Source: Arenicellales bacterium
GTDB lineage: Bacteria; Pseudomonadota; Gammaproteobacteria; Arenicellales; Poriferihabitantaceae
NCBI GenBank assembly: GCA_965231905.1
Contig: CBDDOO010000001.1
Location: 869,130-933,129 of the forward strand
Direction: 5' to 3'
Length of the DNA: 64,000 nt
In this document: one piece after another, positions 12,357 through 22,016 of the stretch
Numbering within the stretch: position 1 is the first letter of the stretch
How the letters are laid out: each line of letters begins with the position of its first letter
The notes under the pieces: model-generated
What the model saw: the letters and a program-made list of their open reading frames with translations, nothing else
The model's database searches: none
What the model was told of the DNA's origin: nothing
Program-made: the position numbers and the translations under genes

Positions 12357-12835
12357 CCACTTACAGAACTCTCTCCCTGACTGGTTTCTTGACCTGTGCC
12401 GCGCTGATTGCCGCGGCGCTCTATTTCCAGCACGTCGAGGGGCTGGATCCCTGTCCGCTTTGCATTTTCCAGCGCATCGCTTTCATCGCGCTGGGTGTCG
12501 TCTTTCTGGCGGGTTTTATACATAACCCCGGTGGCTGGGGACAAAAGTTTTACAGCGGGCTTGCAGTCCTGGTTGGTCTGACCGGCGCCGGCATTGCGGT
12601 GCGCCACGTCTGGTTACAGAATCTCCCGGCTGACCAGATACCCGAGTGCGGCCCCGGACTCGACTTCATGCTGGAAGTGATGCCCTTCACGAAAATGCTG
12701 GCGACCGTATTCAGGGGTTCGGGAGAATGCGCCGAGATACTCTGGACGTTATTCGGTATATCCATGCCCGGCTGGAGCCTGATCTGGTTGATCCTGCTGA
12801 CCCTGCTGGCGTTTTCGATGATGTTCAGGCGCTGA
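12353..12835 (+). CDS. dsbB: Disulfide bond formation protein DsbB
   Basis: PCPLCIFQR, second Cys pair (ECGPG...GSGECA), four TM segments. Confidence 0.95.
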   Translation: MTTYRTLSLTGFLTCAALIAAALYFQHVEGLDPCPLCIFQRIAFIALGVVFLAGFIHNPGGWGQKFYSGLAVLVGLTGAGIAVRHVWLQNLPADQIPECGPGLDFMLEVMPFTKMLATVFRGSGECAEILWTLFGISMPGWSLIWLILLTLLAFSMMFRR

Positions 12836-12838
12836 TGA

Positions 12839-13096
12839 TTGCGGGACGGCACGTCCCCTACGGGTATCCTCGTTGTGGCACAGGCGGGCCGGGGCAAGCT
12901 CTACGATGATGTTCAGGCGCCGGATATCCTGACATCGCGATTTCTCCGTAGGGACAACCCCCCGTGGTTGTCCAATCCGTTGGATTCCCGCCTCCCCGTC
13001 ATTCCCGCGAATGCGGGAATCCACAACCGACATCCCTGGCGCCATCCGACATCGTAGGGGCGGGTCACTGTGCCCGCCCGCAACCGACGGGAATGC
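12839..13096. repeat. Composite repeat cluster: GTAG REPs plus an ATTCCC-N8-GGGAAT palindrome
   Basis: GCGGGACGGCACGTCCCCTAC; GTAGGGACAACCCCCCGTGGTTGTCC (12948-12973); ATTCCCGCGAATGCGGGAAT (13001-13020); GTAGGGGCGGGTCACTGTGCCCGCCCGCAACC (13054-13086). Confidence 0.85.
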
Positions 13097-13164
13097 ATGC
13101 GTTGATGAAATTCTGAACCTGATGTTTTATTGAGACATGGCTGAAAAAGAAGTAAGCTCCCGCA

Positions 13165-16100
13165 ATGCTGATGACCACACCCGAACGTGATCTGGAAGAG
13201 GCTCTGGTCACAAAGCTATGCGACCTCAAGTACGGGCATCGCCCGGACATTCGCGATCGAATCACGCTTGAAGCAAACTTCAGGGAAAAGTTCGATGCTC
13301 TGAATCGTGTCAAACTAACAGATGGCGAGTTTCAGCGACTTCTCGATGAGATTGTCACACCGGATGTGTACGAAGCCGCCCGCTCCCTGCGGAACCGGGA
13401 AGCCTTCACCCGCGACGACGGTACACCGCTCAACTACACTCTCATCAATATCAAGGACTGGTGCAAGAATACCTTCGAGGTCGTCAATCAGCTCCGCATC
13501 AATACCGACAACAGCTATCACCGCTACGATGTCATACTCCTGATCAATGGCATCCCTGTCGTTCAGATCGAATTAAAGTCACTCGGGATCAGTCCGCGGC
13601 GAGCGATGGAACAGATCGTCAATTACAAGAATGACCCCGGTAACGGATACACCCGGACGCTGCTTTGTTTCGTCCAGCTTTTCATCGTCAGCAATCGCAC
13701 GGACACGCAGTATTTCGCCAACAATAATGCCCGGCACTTCGCTTTCGATGCAGACGAACAGTTCCTTCCGGTCTACCAGTTCGCGGACAGAGACAATACG
13801 AAGATTGCCCATCTCGACGACTTCGCCGAACAGTTCCTCGCCAAGTGCACGCTCGGCCAGATGATCAGCAAGTACATGGTCCTGATCGCGACTGAGCAGA
13901 AACTCCTGATGATGCGCCCATACCAGATCTACGCGGTCAAGGCCATCGTCGACTGCATCGACCAGAACTGCGGTAACGGCTATATCTGGCACACGACCGG
14001 CTCCGGCAAGACGCTTACCTCTTTCAAAGCCGCAACGCTGCTCAAGACCAACGAGAGCATTCACAAATGCCTGTTCGTCGTCGACCGCAAGGACCTTGAC
14101 CGTCAGACCCGCGAGGAATTCAACCGGTTTCAGGAGAACTGCGTTGAGGAAAACACCAACACCGGGACGCTTGTCCGCCGCCTCCTGTCCGACGATTATG
14201 CGGACAAGATCATTGTCACGACGATCCAGAAACTGGGCCTCGCCCTCGATGAGAGCAGCAAGCACAGCCGACGGGACATTGCTCAGGGGCGGTCAACGTT
14301 CAAGGAACGCCTCGGTCAACTCCGGGAGAAGCGGATGGTTTTCATCTTCGACGAGTGCCACCGCTCGCAGTTCGGGGAGAACCACAGGGCCATCAAGGAG
14401 TTCTTCCCGAACTCTCAACTCTTCGGCTTCACCGGCACCCCGATTTTCGAGGATAACGCGACGGCCCGACAGATTGAGGGGGATGTTGCCACTCTTCGAA
14501 CCACCGAGGACCTCTTCCAGCAGGAACTCCACGCCTACACCATCACCCACGCGATAGAGGACCGAAACGTTCTTCGCTTCCACGTCGACTACTATAAGCC
14601 GAAAGATATACCGGCTATCCGGCCTGGTCAGACGCTCACCAAGCAGGCGGTTGCCCAGGCCATTCTCGATAAGCACGGCCCCGCGACCGGAGACCGACGC
14701 TTCAACGCGCTGTTCGCCACCGCTTCGATCAATGATGCCATCGAATACTACGGTGTCTTCGAGAAGCTCCAGGTCGAACGTCAGATCGCCAACCCGGAGT
14801 ACATCCCTCTCAAAATCGCCGCCGTCTTCTCGCCGCCGGCAGAGGGCAGCAAGGAGGTCCAGCAAATCCAGGAAGACCTCCCCCAGGAGAAGGAGGACAA
14901 CCGGCACGACCCGGAGGGCAAGAAGACCGCGCTCAAGGCCATCATCGCCGACTACAACCAGCAGTACGGCGCCAACCACGACCTCAACAACTTCGATCTC
15001 TATTATCAGGATGTCCAGAAGCGCATCAAGGATCAACAGTTCCCCAATCGCGATCTGCCCCGGAAAGGACAGGAAAAAATCGACATCACGATTGTTGTTG
15101 ATATGCTGCTTACCGGCTTCGACGCCAGATACCTCAACACGCTCTACGTCGACAAGAATCTCAAGCACCATGGCCTGATCCAGGCATTTTCCCGCACCAA
15201 CCGCGTTCTCAACGCGACCAAGCCTTACGGCCATATCCTTGATTTCCGCCAGCAGCGGGACCGTGTTGATGCCGCCATCGCTCTTTTTTCCGGCGCTCAG
15301 CCTGAGCGCGCCCGAGAAATCTGGCTGGTTGACAAGGCCCCTGATGTCATCAAAAAATTCAAGCAGGCTGTCGCTGACCTCGGTGCGTTCATGCAGTCGC
15401 AGGGGCTTGAAGCCGAACCTGATCAGGTCAACAATCTGATGGGAGACGATGCCCGTGTCCAGTTCATCAAGCGATTCAAGGAGGTGCAGCGACTCCAGAC
15501 GCAACTGGACCAGTATACCGACCTTACCGACGAGCAGCGCGAGCAGATCAAGCAGGCTCTCCCCCAGGATGACCTCCGCGCTTTCCGCGGCGCTTACCTC
15601 GAAACGGCTCGGCGTTTGAAAGAGCGTCAGGGCGCATCCGGTGAGGATGGCGAGCCAGCCAACCCGGATATTGACCAACTCGACTTCGAGTTCGCCCTGT
15701 TCGCCTCCGCCGTCATTGACTACGACTACATCATGAAGCTGATCGCGAGATACTCCGGACAGAACCCCAGGAAGGTTGAGATCAGCCGTGAGCAACTCAT
15801 CGGTCTGATTCAGTCCGATGCCAGGTTCCTCGACGAGCGGGAGGAGATCACCGAGTATGTCCGCTCACTCAGAGAGGGCGAAGGTCTTGATGAATCTGCT
15901 GTCCGCAAGGGTTACGAGCAGTTCAAGGCTGAGAAGCGAGCCGGGGAGATCGCCGACCTTGCCCAGATTCATGGTCTGACTACCGATTCGCTCTCGGACT
16001 TCGTCGATACTATCCTGCAGCGCATGATCTTCGACGGCGAACAGCTTACCGACCTGATGGAGCCGCTTGACCTCGGCTGGCGTGAGCGCCGCGAGCGGGA

Positions 16101-16200
16101 ACTTGCACTGATGGATGACCTGATTCCGGCGCTGAAAAAGCGGGCGGAGGGGCGGGATATATCGGGGCTCAATGCGTATGAGCAGGGAGGCGCGCGGTGA
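13165..16200 (+). CDS. hsdR: Type I restriction endonuclease subunit R
   Basis: Nuclease motif D-X13-QIELK, WHTTGSGKT, VVDRKDLD, DECHRSQ, FGFTGTP, VVDMLLTGFD, QAFSRTNR. Confidence 0.97.
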   Translation: MLMTTPERDLEEALVTKLCDLKYGHRPDIRDRITLEANFREKFDALNRVKLTDGEFQRLLDEIVTPDVYEAARSLRNREAFTRDDGTPLNYTLINIKDWCKNTFEVVNQLRINTDNSYHRYDVILLINGIPVVQIELKSLGISPRRAMEQIVNYKNDPGNGYTRTLLCFVQLFIVSNRTDTQYFANNNARHFAFDADEQFLPVYQFADRDNTKIAHLDDFAEQFLAKCTLGQMISKYMVLIATEQKLLMMRPYQIYAVKAIVDCIDQNCGNGYIWHTTGSGKTLTSFKAATLLKTNESIHKCLFVVDRKDLDRQTREEFNRFQENCVEENTNTGTLVRRLLSDDYADKIIVTTIQKLGLALDESSKHSRRDIAQGRSTFKERLGQLREKRMVFIFDECHRSQFGENHRAIKEFFPNSQLFGFTGTPIFEDNATARQIEGDVATLRTTEDLFQQELHAYTITHAIEDRNVLRFHVDYYKPKDIPAIRPGQTLTKQAVAQAILDKHGPATGDRRFNALFATASINDAIEYYGVFEKLQVERQIANPEYIPLKIAAVFSPPAEGSKEVQQIQEDLPQEKEDNRHDPEGKKTALKAIIADYNQQYGANHDLNNFDLYYQDVQKRIKDQQFPNRDLPRKGQEKIDITIVVDMLLTGFDARYLNTLYVDKNLKHHGLIQAFSRTNRVLNATKPYGHILDFRQQRDRVDAAIALFSGAQPERAREIWLVDKAPDVIKKFKQAVADLGAFMQSQGLEAEPDQVNNLMGDDARVQFIKRFKEVQRLQTQLDQYTDLTDEQREQIKQALPQDDLRAFRGAYLETARRLKERQGASGEDGEPANPDIDQLDFEFALFASAVIDYDYIMKLIARYSGQNPRKVEISREQLIGLIQSDARFLDEREEITEYVRSLREGEGLDESAVRKGYEQFKAEKRAGEIADLAQIHGLTTDSLSDFVDTILQRMIFDGEQLTDLMEPLDLGWRERRERELALMDDLIPALKKRAEGRDISGLNAYEQGGAR

Positions 16201-17453
16201 CTGCCGACAAGCCATCGCAACTTGTGCCGAAGTTGCGGTTTCCGGAGTTTAGGGATTTGGGGGAATGGTATAAAAGACCGTTAGGGGAGTTGGCATATAT
16301 CATCGCTGGTCAATCGCCCAGCGGGGAAAACTACAACACCACAGGTAACGGTGTCCCGTTCTACCAGGGCAAGGCCGATTTCGGCGATACATACCTCAAA
16401 AAACCGACGAAGTGGACCACTCAAGTCACAAAGCTTGCCCGACCAAACGACATTTTGATGTCTGTGAGGGCACCTGTTGGCGCACTAAATGTATCTACAG
16501 AGCAAATCTGCATCGGTCGTGGCTTAGCGTGTTTGCAGCCGAGGTGTGATAGGTGGTTTTTGTATTACGCATTACTTGGTCAGTCAGGCCGGATCATCGG
16601 AAATGGCGGTTCGGTTTTTGACTCGATCAATAAGGATCAGATCGAAAAGTTGCCGATTCCGGCATCTTCGAACGTCGCCGAGCAGCAGAAGATCGCCGAC
16701 TGCCTCGGTTCGCTGGATAAACTGATTATAGCGGAGAACCGGAAGCTCGAAGTCCTGCGGCAGCATAAGCAAGGACTGATGCAGCAGCTCTTTCCCCAGC
16801 CCGGTGAAACCGTGCCGCGATTGCGGTTCCCGGAGTTTCGGGGTGCGGGCGATTGGATAACCAAGATACTGGACAGTCAAGGTGGCTTCCTATCTTCGCT
16901 CACAGGCAAGACAGCGAAAGACTTTGATACAGGTAATGCTGCTTTTATCCCGTACATGAATGTTTTTTCAAATACATTCACTAACGTATTCGATCTGCGC
17001 TCGGTAAACGTTGGCAGCAACGAATCACAAAATGCCGTTGCAAAAGGAGATGTGTTTTTCACTATTTCATCGGAAACACAAGAAGAAGCGGGAATGTCGA
17101 GCGTTTTGCTCGAAGAAATCGAAAATTGCTATTTGAACTCGTTTTGCGCTCTGTTTCGTTTCGACACCGGAAAATCACCGAATCCTGTTTTTCTTGGCTA
17201 CTTGCTCCGATCAGCGCTGGCAAGGGCACACTTATCTCGTGAGGCACAAGGCGCAACGCGCTACAACATCTCCAAGGCGACATTCCACAGTCTGCCTCTT
17301 CAACTTCCATCTCGTCCCGAGCAGCAGCAGATCGCCGACTGCCTCGGCTCGCTGGACGACTTAATCGCGGCAGAGGCCCGGAAGCTCGAAGCCCTGCGAA
17401 AACACAAGCAAGGGCTGATGCAGCAGTTGTTCCCAAATCTGGAAGACCGGTAA
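16197..17453 (+). CDS. hsdS: Type I R-M specificity subunit S (two TRDs)
   Basis: Duplicated conserved regions VP.LRFPEF and EQQ.IADCLGSLD.LI.AE.RKLE.LR.HKQGLMQQLFP flanking two AT-richer TRDs. Confidence 0.96.
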   Translation: MTADKPSQLVPKLRFPEFRDLGEWYKRPLGELAYIIAGQSPSGENYNTTGNGVPFYQGKADFGDTYLKKPTKWTTQVTKLARPNDILMSVRAPVGALNVSTEQICIGRGLACLQPRCDRWFLYYALLGQSGRIIGNGGSVFDSINKDQIEKLPIPASSNVAEQQKIADCLGSLDKLIIAENRKLEVLRQHKQGLMQQLFPQPGETVPRLRFPEFRGAGDWITKILDSQGGFLSSLTGKTAKDFDTGNAAFIPYMNVFSNTFTNVFDLRSVNVGSNESQNAVAKGDVFFTISSETQEEAGMSSVLLEEIENCYLNSFCALFRFDTGKSPNPVFLGYLLRSALARAHLSREAQGATRYNISKATFHSLPLQLPSRPEQQQIADCLGSLDDLIAAEARKLEALRKHKQGLMQQLFPNLEDR

Positions 17454-17456
17454 GTT

Positions 17457-18650
17457 ATGGGCAGCGCAACACCATTCATGAATCTCAACGATCTCGCCGT
17501 ACATCTGCGGCAAGAGTTGGAGAACAAGAAATTCATTCTGCTATACGCTTATAACGGCACGGGCAAAACACGATTGTCCACGGCCTTCAAGTATCCGGGC
17601 CATTCTGTGAACTCTAGTGGCGAAGCCGACAAACGCGACACACTCTACTTTAACGCATTCACCGAAGACCTGTTCACATGGGACAATGATCTGGAGAACG
17701 ACAGTGTGAGGAAGCTGAAGCTCAACACGGATTCGAGTTTCTTCGCCGGTCTTGAGTCGATGGAGATGGACAATCGCATCCGCACCCTGCTTAATCGCTA
17801 TGCTGATTTCGAGTTCCAGATTGACACCACCACTTGGGAAGTGGTTTTCGCGCGCGAGTTCAGGGTGAAGAAGGACACAGGCGCCGGCAATGAGATCGAC
17901 AGTGCGGACGCGGAGCGTGGTGAGAACGAAGACGAGTATGAAACCCGCCGCGAGGAAGCCATTAAAATCTCCCGTGGCGAGGAGAACATCTTCATCTGGT
18001 GCTTCTTCCTTGCTATTGTCGAACTCGCGATTGATGGCGATGAAGCCGGTCCTTACAACTGGGTCAAGTACATTTACATTGATGACCCGATCTCATCGCT
18101 GGATGAACACAACGCCATCGCCGTCGCAAACCATCTGGCGCAGCTTCTCAAGAAGCCGGGGAATCAGCTTAATACAGTAATCTCGACTCACCATACACTG
18201 TTCTTTAACGTGCTTTACAATGAGATCAATACCGCGAACAAATATTTTCTCAGCCGCGATAGTTCGCCGGGAGGTTATCTCCTGCGCGAGACGGGAAAAA
18301 CACCGTTCTTCCACCATGTGGCTGCGCTCGCTGATCTTTACGAAGCGGACCGCGATGGCAGGCTATATACCCATCACTTCAATATGCTTCGTGCTATCCT
18401 GGAGAAGACCGCAAGTTTCCACGGCTACCAGAACTTCTCTGCGTGCATCAAACGCGAGGCTGACGATGAAGACGGCATCCTTCATACACGGTTGATTAAC
18501 ATTCTCAGTCATGGGAATTACTCGTTGTTCGAGCCGCAGGAGATGCTGGAGGAGAACAAAAAGTACTTCCACAAAATTCTCCATGAGTTCATCAATCGTT
18601 ATCCTTTCAATCCCGTCCTGTTCTCGCATGAGCAGGTAACTGTGAAATGA
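17457..18650 (+). CDS. prrC: PrrC-family anticodon nuclease (ABC ATPase + HEPN)
   Basis: Walker A YAYNGTGKTRLS, YFNAFTEDLF.WDND, KISRGEENIFIW, Walker B YIDDPISSLD, STHH, HEPN RLINILSH; 397 aa; embedded in an hsd locus. Confidence 0.88.
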   Translation: MGSATPFMNLNDLAVHLRQELENKKFILLYAYNGTGKTRLSTAFKYPGHSVNSSGEADKRDTLYFNAFTEDLFTWDNDLENDSVRKLKLNTDSSFFAGLESMEMDNRIRTLLNRYADFEFQIDTTTWEVVFAREFRVKKDTGAGNEIDSADAERGENEDEYETRREEAIKISRGEENIFIWCFFLAIVELAIDGDEAGPYNWVKYIYIDDPISSLDEHNAIAVANHLAQLLKKPGNQLNTVISTHHTLFFNVLYNEINTANKYFLSRDSSPGGYLLRETGKTPFFHHVAALADLYEADRDGRLYTHHFNMLRAILEKTASFHGYQNFSACIKREADDEDGILHTRLINILSHGNYSLFEPQEMLEENKKYFHKILHEFINRYPFNPVLFSHEQVTVK

Positions 18651-18660
18651 GTGACTCGAC

Positions 18661-20280
18661 ATGACAGAGCAGGACCAGGAAAAACTCGGCAAAACCCTCT
18701 GGGCCATCGCCGACCAACTCCGCGGAGCGATGAATGCGGACGACTTCCGTGACTATATGCTGGCGTTCCTGTTTCTCCGTTACCTGTCAGATAACTACGA
18801 GCAAGCCGCGAGGAAGGAACTCGGTCGCGACTATCCTGACCCGAATGGCAACGGCGGACGATCCTCCCTGTCTGTCTGGTACGAACAAAACCCCGGTGAT
18901 GTGTCGGACTTCGAGAAGCAGATGCGGCGCAAGGCGCATTATGTCATCCGCCCCGAGCACCTCTGGACCAGTGTCACCCATAAGGCCAGGGTCCAGGACG
19001 AAGAACTGCTCAACACGCTCCAGGCAGGCTTCAAATACATCGAGAACGAATCATTCCAGAGCACGTTCTCGGGCCTGTTCTCGGAGATCAATCTTAGCTC
19101 CGACAAGCTCGGCAAGACCTACGCGGACCGGAACGCGAAGCTCTGTACCATCATCACCAGGATTGCCGAGGGACTCGCGAAGTTCTCCACGGACAGCGAC
19201 ATTCTCGGCGACGCTTATGAATACCTGATCGGCCAGTTCGCCGCAGGTTCGGGCAAGAAGGCCGGTGAGTTCTACACGCCGCAACGAATCTCGGACATCC
19301 TTTCCGCCATCGTCACGCTCGACGGCCAGGAGCCGAAGACCGGCGAGCGCAGGCAACTCGCCAGTGTGATGGACTTCGCCTGCGGGTCGGGCTCGCTGTT
19401 GCTCAATGTGCGTAAACGCATGGGGGCACACGGTATCGGCAAAATCTATGGGCAGGAGAAGAACGTCACCACCTACAACCTCGCTCGGATGAATATGCTG
19501 CTGCACGGGGTGAAGGATACGGAGTTCGAGATTTATCACGGCGACACGCTGACCAACGATTGGGATATGTTGCGAGAGACAAATCCGGCGAAGAAACCCT
19601 GTTTTGACGCCGTGGTCGCCAATCCGCCGTTCAGCTACCGGTGGGACATAAACGAAGCGTTGGGCGAGGATATCCGCTTCAAGAACTACGGGCTGGCTCC
19701 GAGGTCGGCGGCGGACTTCGCGTTCCTGCTGCACGGGTTTCATTACCTTAAAGACAACGGCGTAATGGCGATTATCCTGCCGCACGGCGTACTGTTCCGC
19801 GGCGGCGCAGAGGCGAAAATCCGCCGCAAGCTCCTCGACGACGGGCATGTCGACACCGTTATCGGCCTGCCGGCGAACCTGTTCTACTCGACCGGCATCC
19901 CGGTCTGCATCCTCGTCCTGAAGAAGTGCAGGAAGCCGGACAATGTCCTGTTCATCAACGCATCCGAGCACTTCGAGAAGGGCAAGCGACAGAATTACCT
20001 GTCCGGGGAGCATATCGAGAAGATCATCGGCGCGTACCGTGAGCGCCCGGAAAGCATTGAGCAGTACGCCCGATGTGTGGAAATGGGCGAGATTAAGGAG
20101 AACGATTATAACCTCAACATCTCCCGCTATGTCAGCACAGCCAGGCCGGAAGACCCGGTTGATCTGTCAACCACGCACAGTAATCTGGTTGATATTGAAA
20201 AGGAGATTCAGGAGTCAACGGCCAAGCACAATGAGTTTCTCAAGGAACTTGGCCTTTCTCCATTGCCTGCGTCAGATTAA
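18661..20280 (+). CDS. hsdM: Type I R-M m6A methyltransferase subunit M
   Basis: LW.IAD.LRG.M, GDAYEYLI, GEFYTP, DFACGSGSLL, ANPPF, PHGVLFRG. Confidence 0.97.
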   Translation: MTEQDQEKLGKTLWAIADQLRGAMNADDFRDYMLAFLFLRYLSDNYEQAARKELGRDYPDPNGNGGRSSLSVWYEQNPGDVSDFEKQMRRKAHYVIRPEHLWTSVTHKARVQDEELLNTLQAGFKYIENESFQSTFSGLFSEINLSSDKLGKTYADRNAKLCTIITRIAEGLAKFSTDSDILGDAYEYLIGQFAAGSGKKAGEFYTPQRISDILSAIVTLDGQEPKTGERRQLASVMDFACGSGSLLLNVRKRMGAHGIGKIYGQEKNVTTYNLARMNMLLHGVKDTEFEIYHGDTLTNDWDMLRETNPAKKPCFDAVVANPPFSYRWDINEALGEDIRFKNYGLAPRSAADFAFLLHGFHYLKDNGVMAIILPHGVLFRGGAEAKIRRKLLDDGHVDTVIGLPANLFYSTGIPVCILVLKKCRKPDNVLFINASEHFEKGKRQNYLSGEHIEKIIGAYRERPESIEQYARCVEMGEIKENDYNLNISRYVSTARPEDPVDLSTTHSNLVDIEKEIQESTAKHNEFLKELGLSPLPASD

Positions 20281-20332
20281 CCGGATGAGTCAGGCCCGTC
20301 CGGCCATTGTGGACGATCTCTGTTTCTGACAC

Positions 20333-20358
20333 GGGCGACCACAGTGGGTCGCCCCTAC
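20333..20358 (-). repeat. GTAG-type REP, exact reverse complement of 6263-6288
   Basis: GGGCGACCACAGTGGGTCGCCCCTAC. Confidence 0.88.
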
Positions 20359-20567
20359 GCGCCGATAGTGTAGAATCCGTGTGATTTTGGATTTCCGCTC
20401 TCCGTTTTGTACCCCCCATCACACCCGCTTCGCGCGATGTGATTCCCCCTCAAGGGGGGAATGATGGTCGGTTGGTTCGGGTTCTGATGGTTGCGGGATG
20501 GCGCTTCAGACCGCCCCTTGCGGGTGTTGGTCAAGTAAGGCTTTAATTGTGAGAGAAGTGGTATGAC

Positions 20568-20873
20568 CTATTCATTGAGGGCTTGTATAACAGCTTCCGG
20601 GTCATGATCAATTACAGTTAGCAGAACCCGGGCAGCGCGGTCCGGAACGCGTCGACCTTGTTCCCAGTCTTGCAGGGCACGCGCATCGAGTCCGAATCGG
20701 TCTGCAAATTTTTGACGACTCAGTCTTAATCGTTTGCGAAGGGCCAGGATTCGGTCAGCGGCAGGATCATCCATGATTCGGCACGGGAGACTGATTTCGC
20801 CATGCACATGGGCAAGGACCTCATCCAGCGCCGTCTCAATCTCACGACCGACCTGGGTTCGTTCTGTTTTCAT
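20568..20873 (-). CDS. XRE-HTH antitoxin (HigA2/YiaG-like)
   Basis: LRKRLRLSRQKFA..FG...ALQDWEQGRR.PD.AAR.LL.VI..DPE. Confidence 0.88.
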   Translation of the reverse strand: MKTERTQVGREIETALDEVLAHVHGEISLPCRIMDDPAADRILALRKRLRLSRQKFADRFGLDARALQDWEQGRRVPDRAARVLLTVIDHDPEAVIQALNE

Positions 20874-21113
20874 TTCTTTTTATCCTCTTTCTTGATCGCA
20901 GACACCAACTTCGAGAGTACCTTTTTGTCTGCCGGACTTAAATCGCCGCGATCCGATTTTGCATAGGCTGTCAGTTAAGTAAACAGCCCTCGGACCAACA
21001 TGATAAAAATAGATCGCCCGAACACCGCCTCGCTTGCCACGCCCGGGACCGGCCCAACGCAGCTTGTGAATCGCGCGCTCATAGGTGCGGGTAGTGAAAA
21101 GTTGTATTGACAT
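20870..21113 (-). pseudogene. RelE/HigB2-type toxin, internally deleted and frameshifted
   Basis: KLRWAGPGRGKRGGVRAIYF directly follows a very short N-terminus. One extra base after VYL shifts the frame; correcting it restores LTAYAKSDRGDLSPADKKVLSKLVSAIKKE, ending in an ATGA overlap with the antitoxin. Confidence 0.85.
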
Positions 21114-21255
21114 GAATTATGCGGCAATGCCGCAGATGATGCAAGTGTTTGTATAGGTCCACTGCCTTTGGCGCTTGGGAATGATGGTCAGTTGGTTCGG
21201 GTTCTGATGGTTGCGGGACGGCACGGAGACCGTCTCCTATGGGTATTTTTGTTGT

Positions 21256-21714
21256 TCAGGGTTCGAACAATTTGTGTTTTGCCTTGTTTGACGTTTTCCG
21301 GATGGTCTTGTCCAGCGTGGCAATGGGGCAGGATTGCTTTAACGCCAGAATGATATAGGCTGCGTCATACGCGGATATACCGCAAGTATGAGAGAGTTCA
21401 TATAAATCTGCCGGTGTTTCCGAGCCGCGAATCACTGTGGATAAATCAAACAGCCAAGTCAGTTGACTCGTACATCGGGATGGTGGCAGTTTGTTCCGCT
21501 TGCAATAAAATTGCACCACAAAAGCCGCTTCACAGGTCCAGATATACGGAACGATGACTTGCAGGTTTTGCGAATGGATTGCATTCAGCACGTTACGCGC
21601 AAAGGTTTGGTCGGTGTCAGAACCATCCTGGAATAACCAGCGCATCATCACGCTGTTATCCACTACGACCGGATTGTCCAGCAATTCGTTCTTCCGTAAC
21701 GTTCTAAACGCCAC
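21256..21714 (-). CDS. PIN-domain VapC toxin (apparently intact)
   Basis: VVVDNSV...W.CE...SAYDAAY..LA.....ATLD; the GTG start overlaps the antitoxin end. Confidence 0.85.
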   Translation of the reverse strand: MAFRTLRKNELLDNPVVVDNSVMMRWLFQDGSDTDQTFARNVLNAIHSQNLQVIVPYIWTCEAAFVVQFYCKRNKLPPSRCTSQLTWLFDLSTVIRGSETPADLYELSHTCGISAYDAAYIILALKQSCPIATLDKTIRKTSNKAKHKLFEP

Positions 21715-21946
21715 GATGACGCCCTTTCGAGATTGCTTTGGCGACAGGTTGGTTGACCGGTGTTGGTTGCAAGTGCAATAAGCGTTCGAGAGCTTTGTCC
21801 CGCCTGTTGTCAGGGTTGTCCGTAAGCGCGCGAATTTCGGCAATGGGTCTGCCGTGTTTGTAAATAATGGCTGATTCACCGCTTTCAGAAACCTGATTAA
21901 CGATATTACTGGCCTGTCTGTTTACTTCGAGCATTGTAACTTTCAT
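21704..21946 (-). CDS. Phd/YefM-family antitoxin
   Basis: MKVTMLEVNRQAS.IVNQV..SGE...IYKHGRPIAEI; tandem AATGTATGTAAT x2 upstream (21959-21982) may be an operator. Confidence 0.85.
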   Translation of the reverse strand: MKVTMLEVNRQASNIVNQVSESGESAIIYKHGRPIAEIRALTDNPDNRRDKALERLLHLQPTPVNQPVAKAISKGRHRGV

Positions 21947-22016
21947 TGGGGAATCTTCAATGTATGTAATAATGTATGTAATAATAGCGGGATAATATAA
22001 TAAGTCAATCGCGGCA

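Larger units (their letters stand above)
20457..21222 (+). repeat. 46-bp direct repeat pair (20457-20502 and 21177-21222) bounding a TA module
   Basis: GGGAATGATGGTC(G/A)GTTGGTTCGGGTTCTGATGGTTGCGGGA(T/C)GGC; 44/46 identical, offset 720 bp; each copy runs into a degenerate REP. Confidence 0.9.

Noticed and set aside
12839-13096. CRISPR array
   Set aside because: Palindromes are heterogeneous, irregularly spaced and in both orientations; no cas genes.
13579-20013. Antisense ORFs of 228, 500 and 320 aa
   Set aside because: Shadows of hsdR and hsdM.
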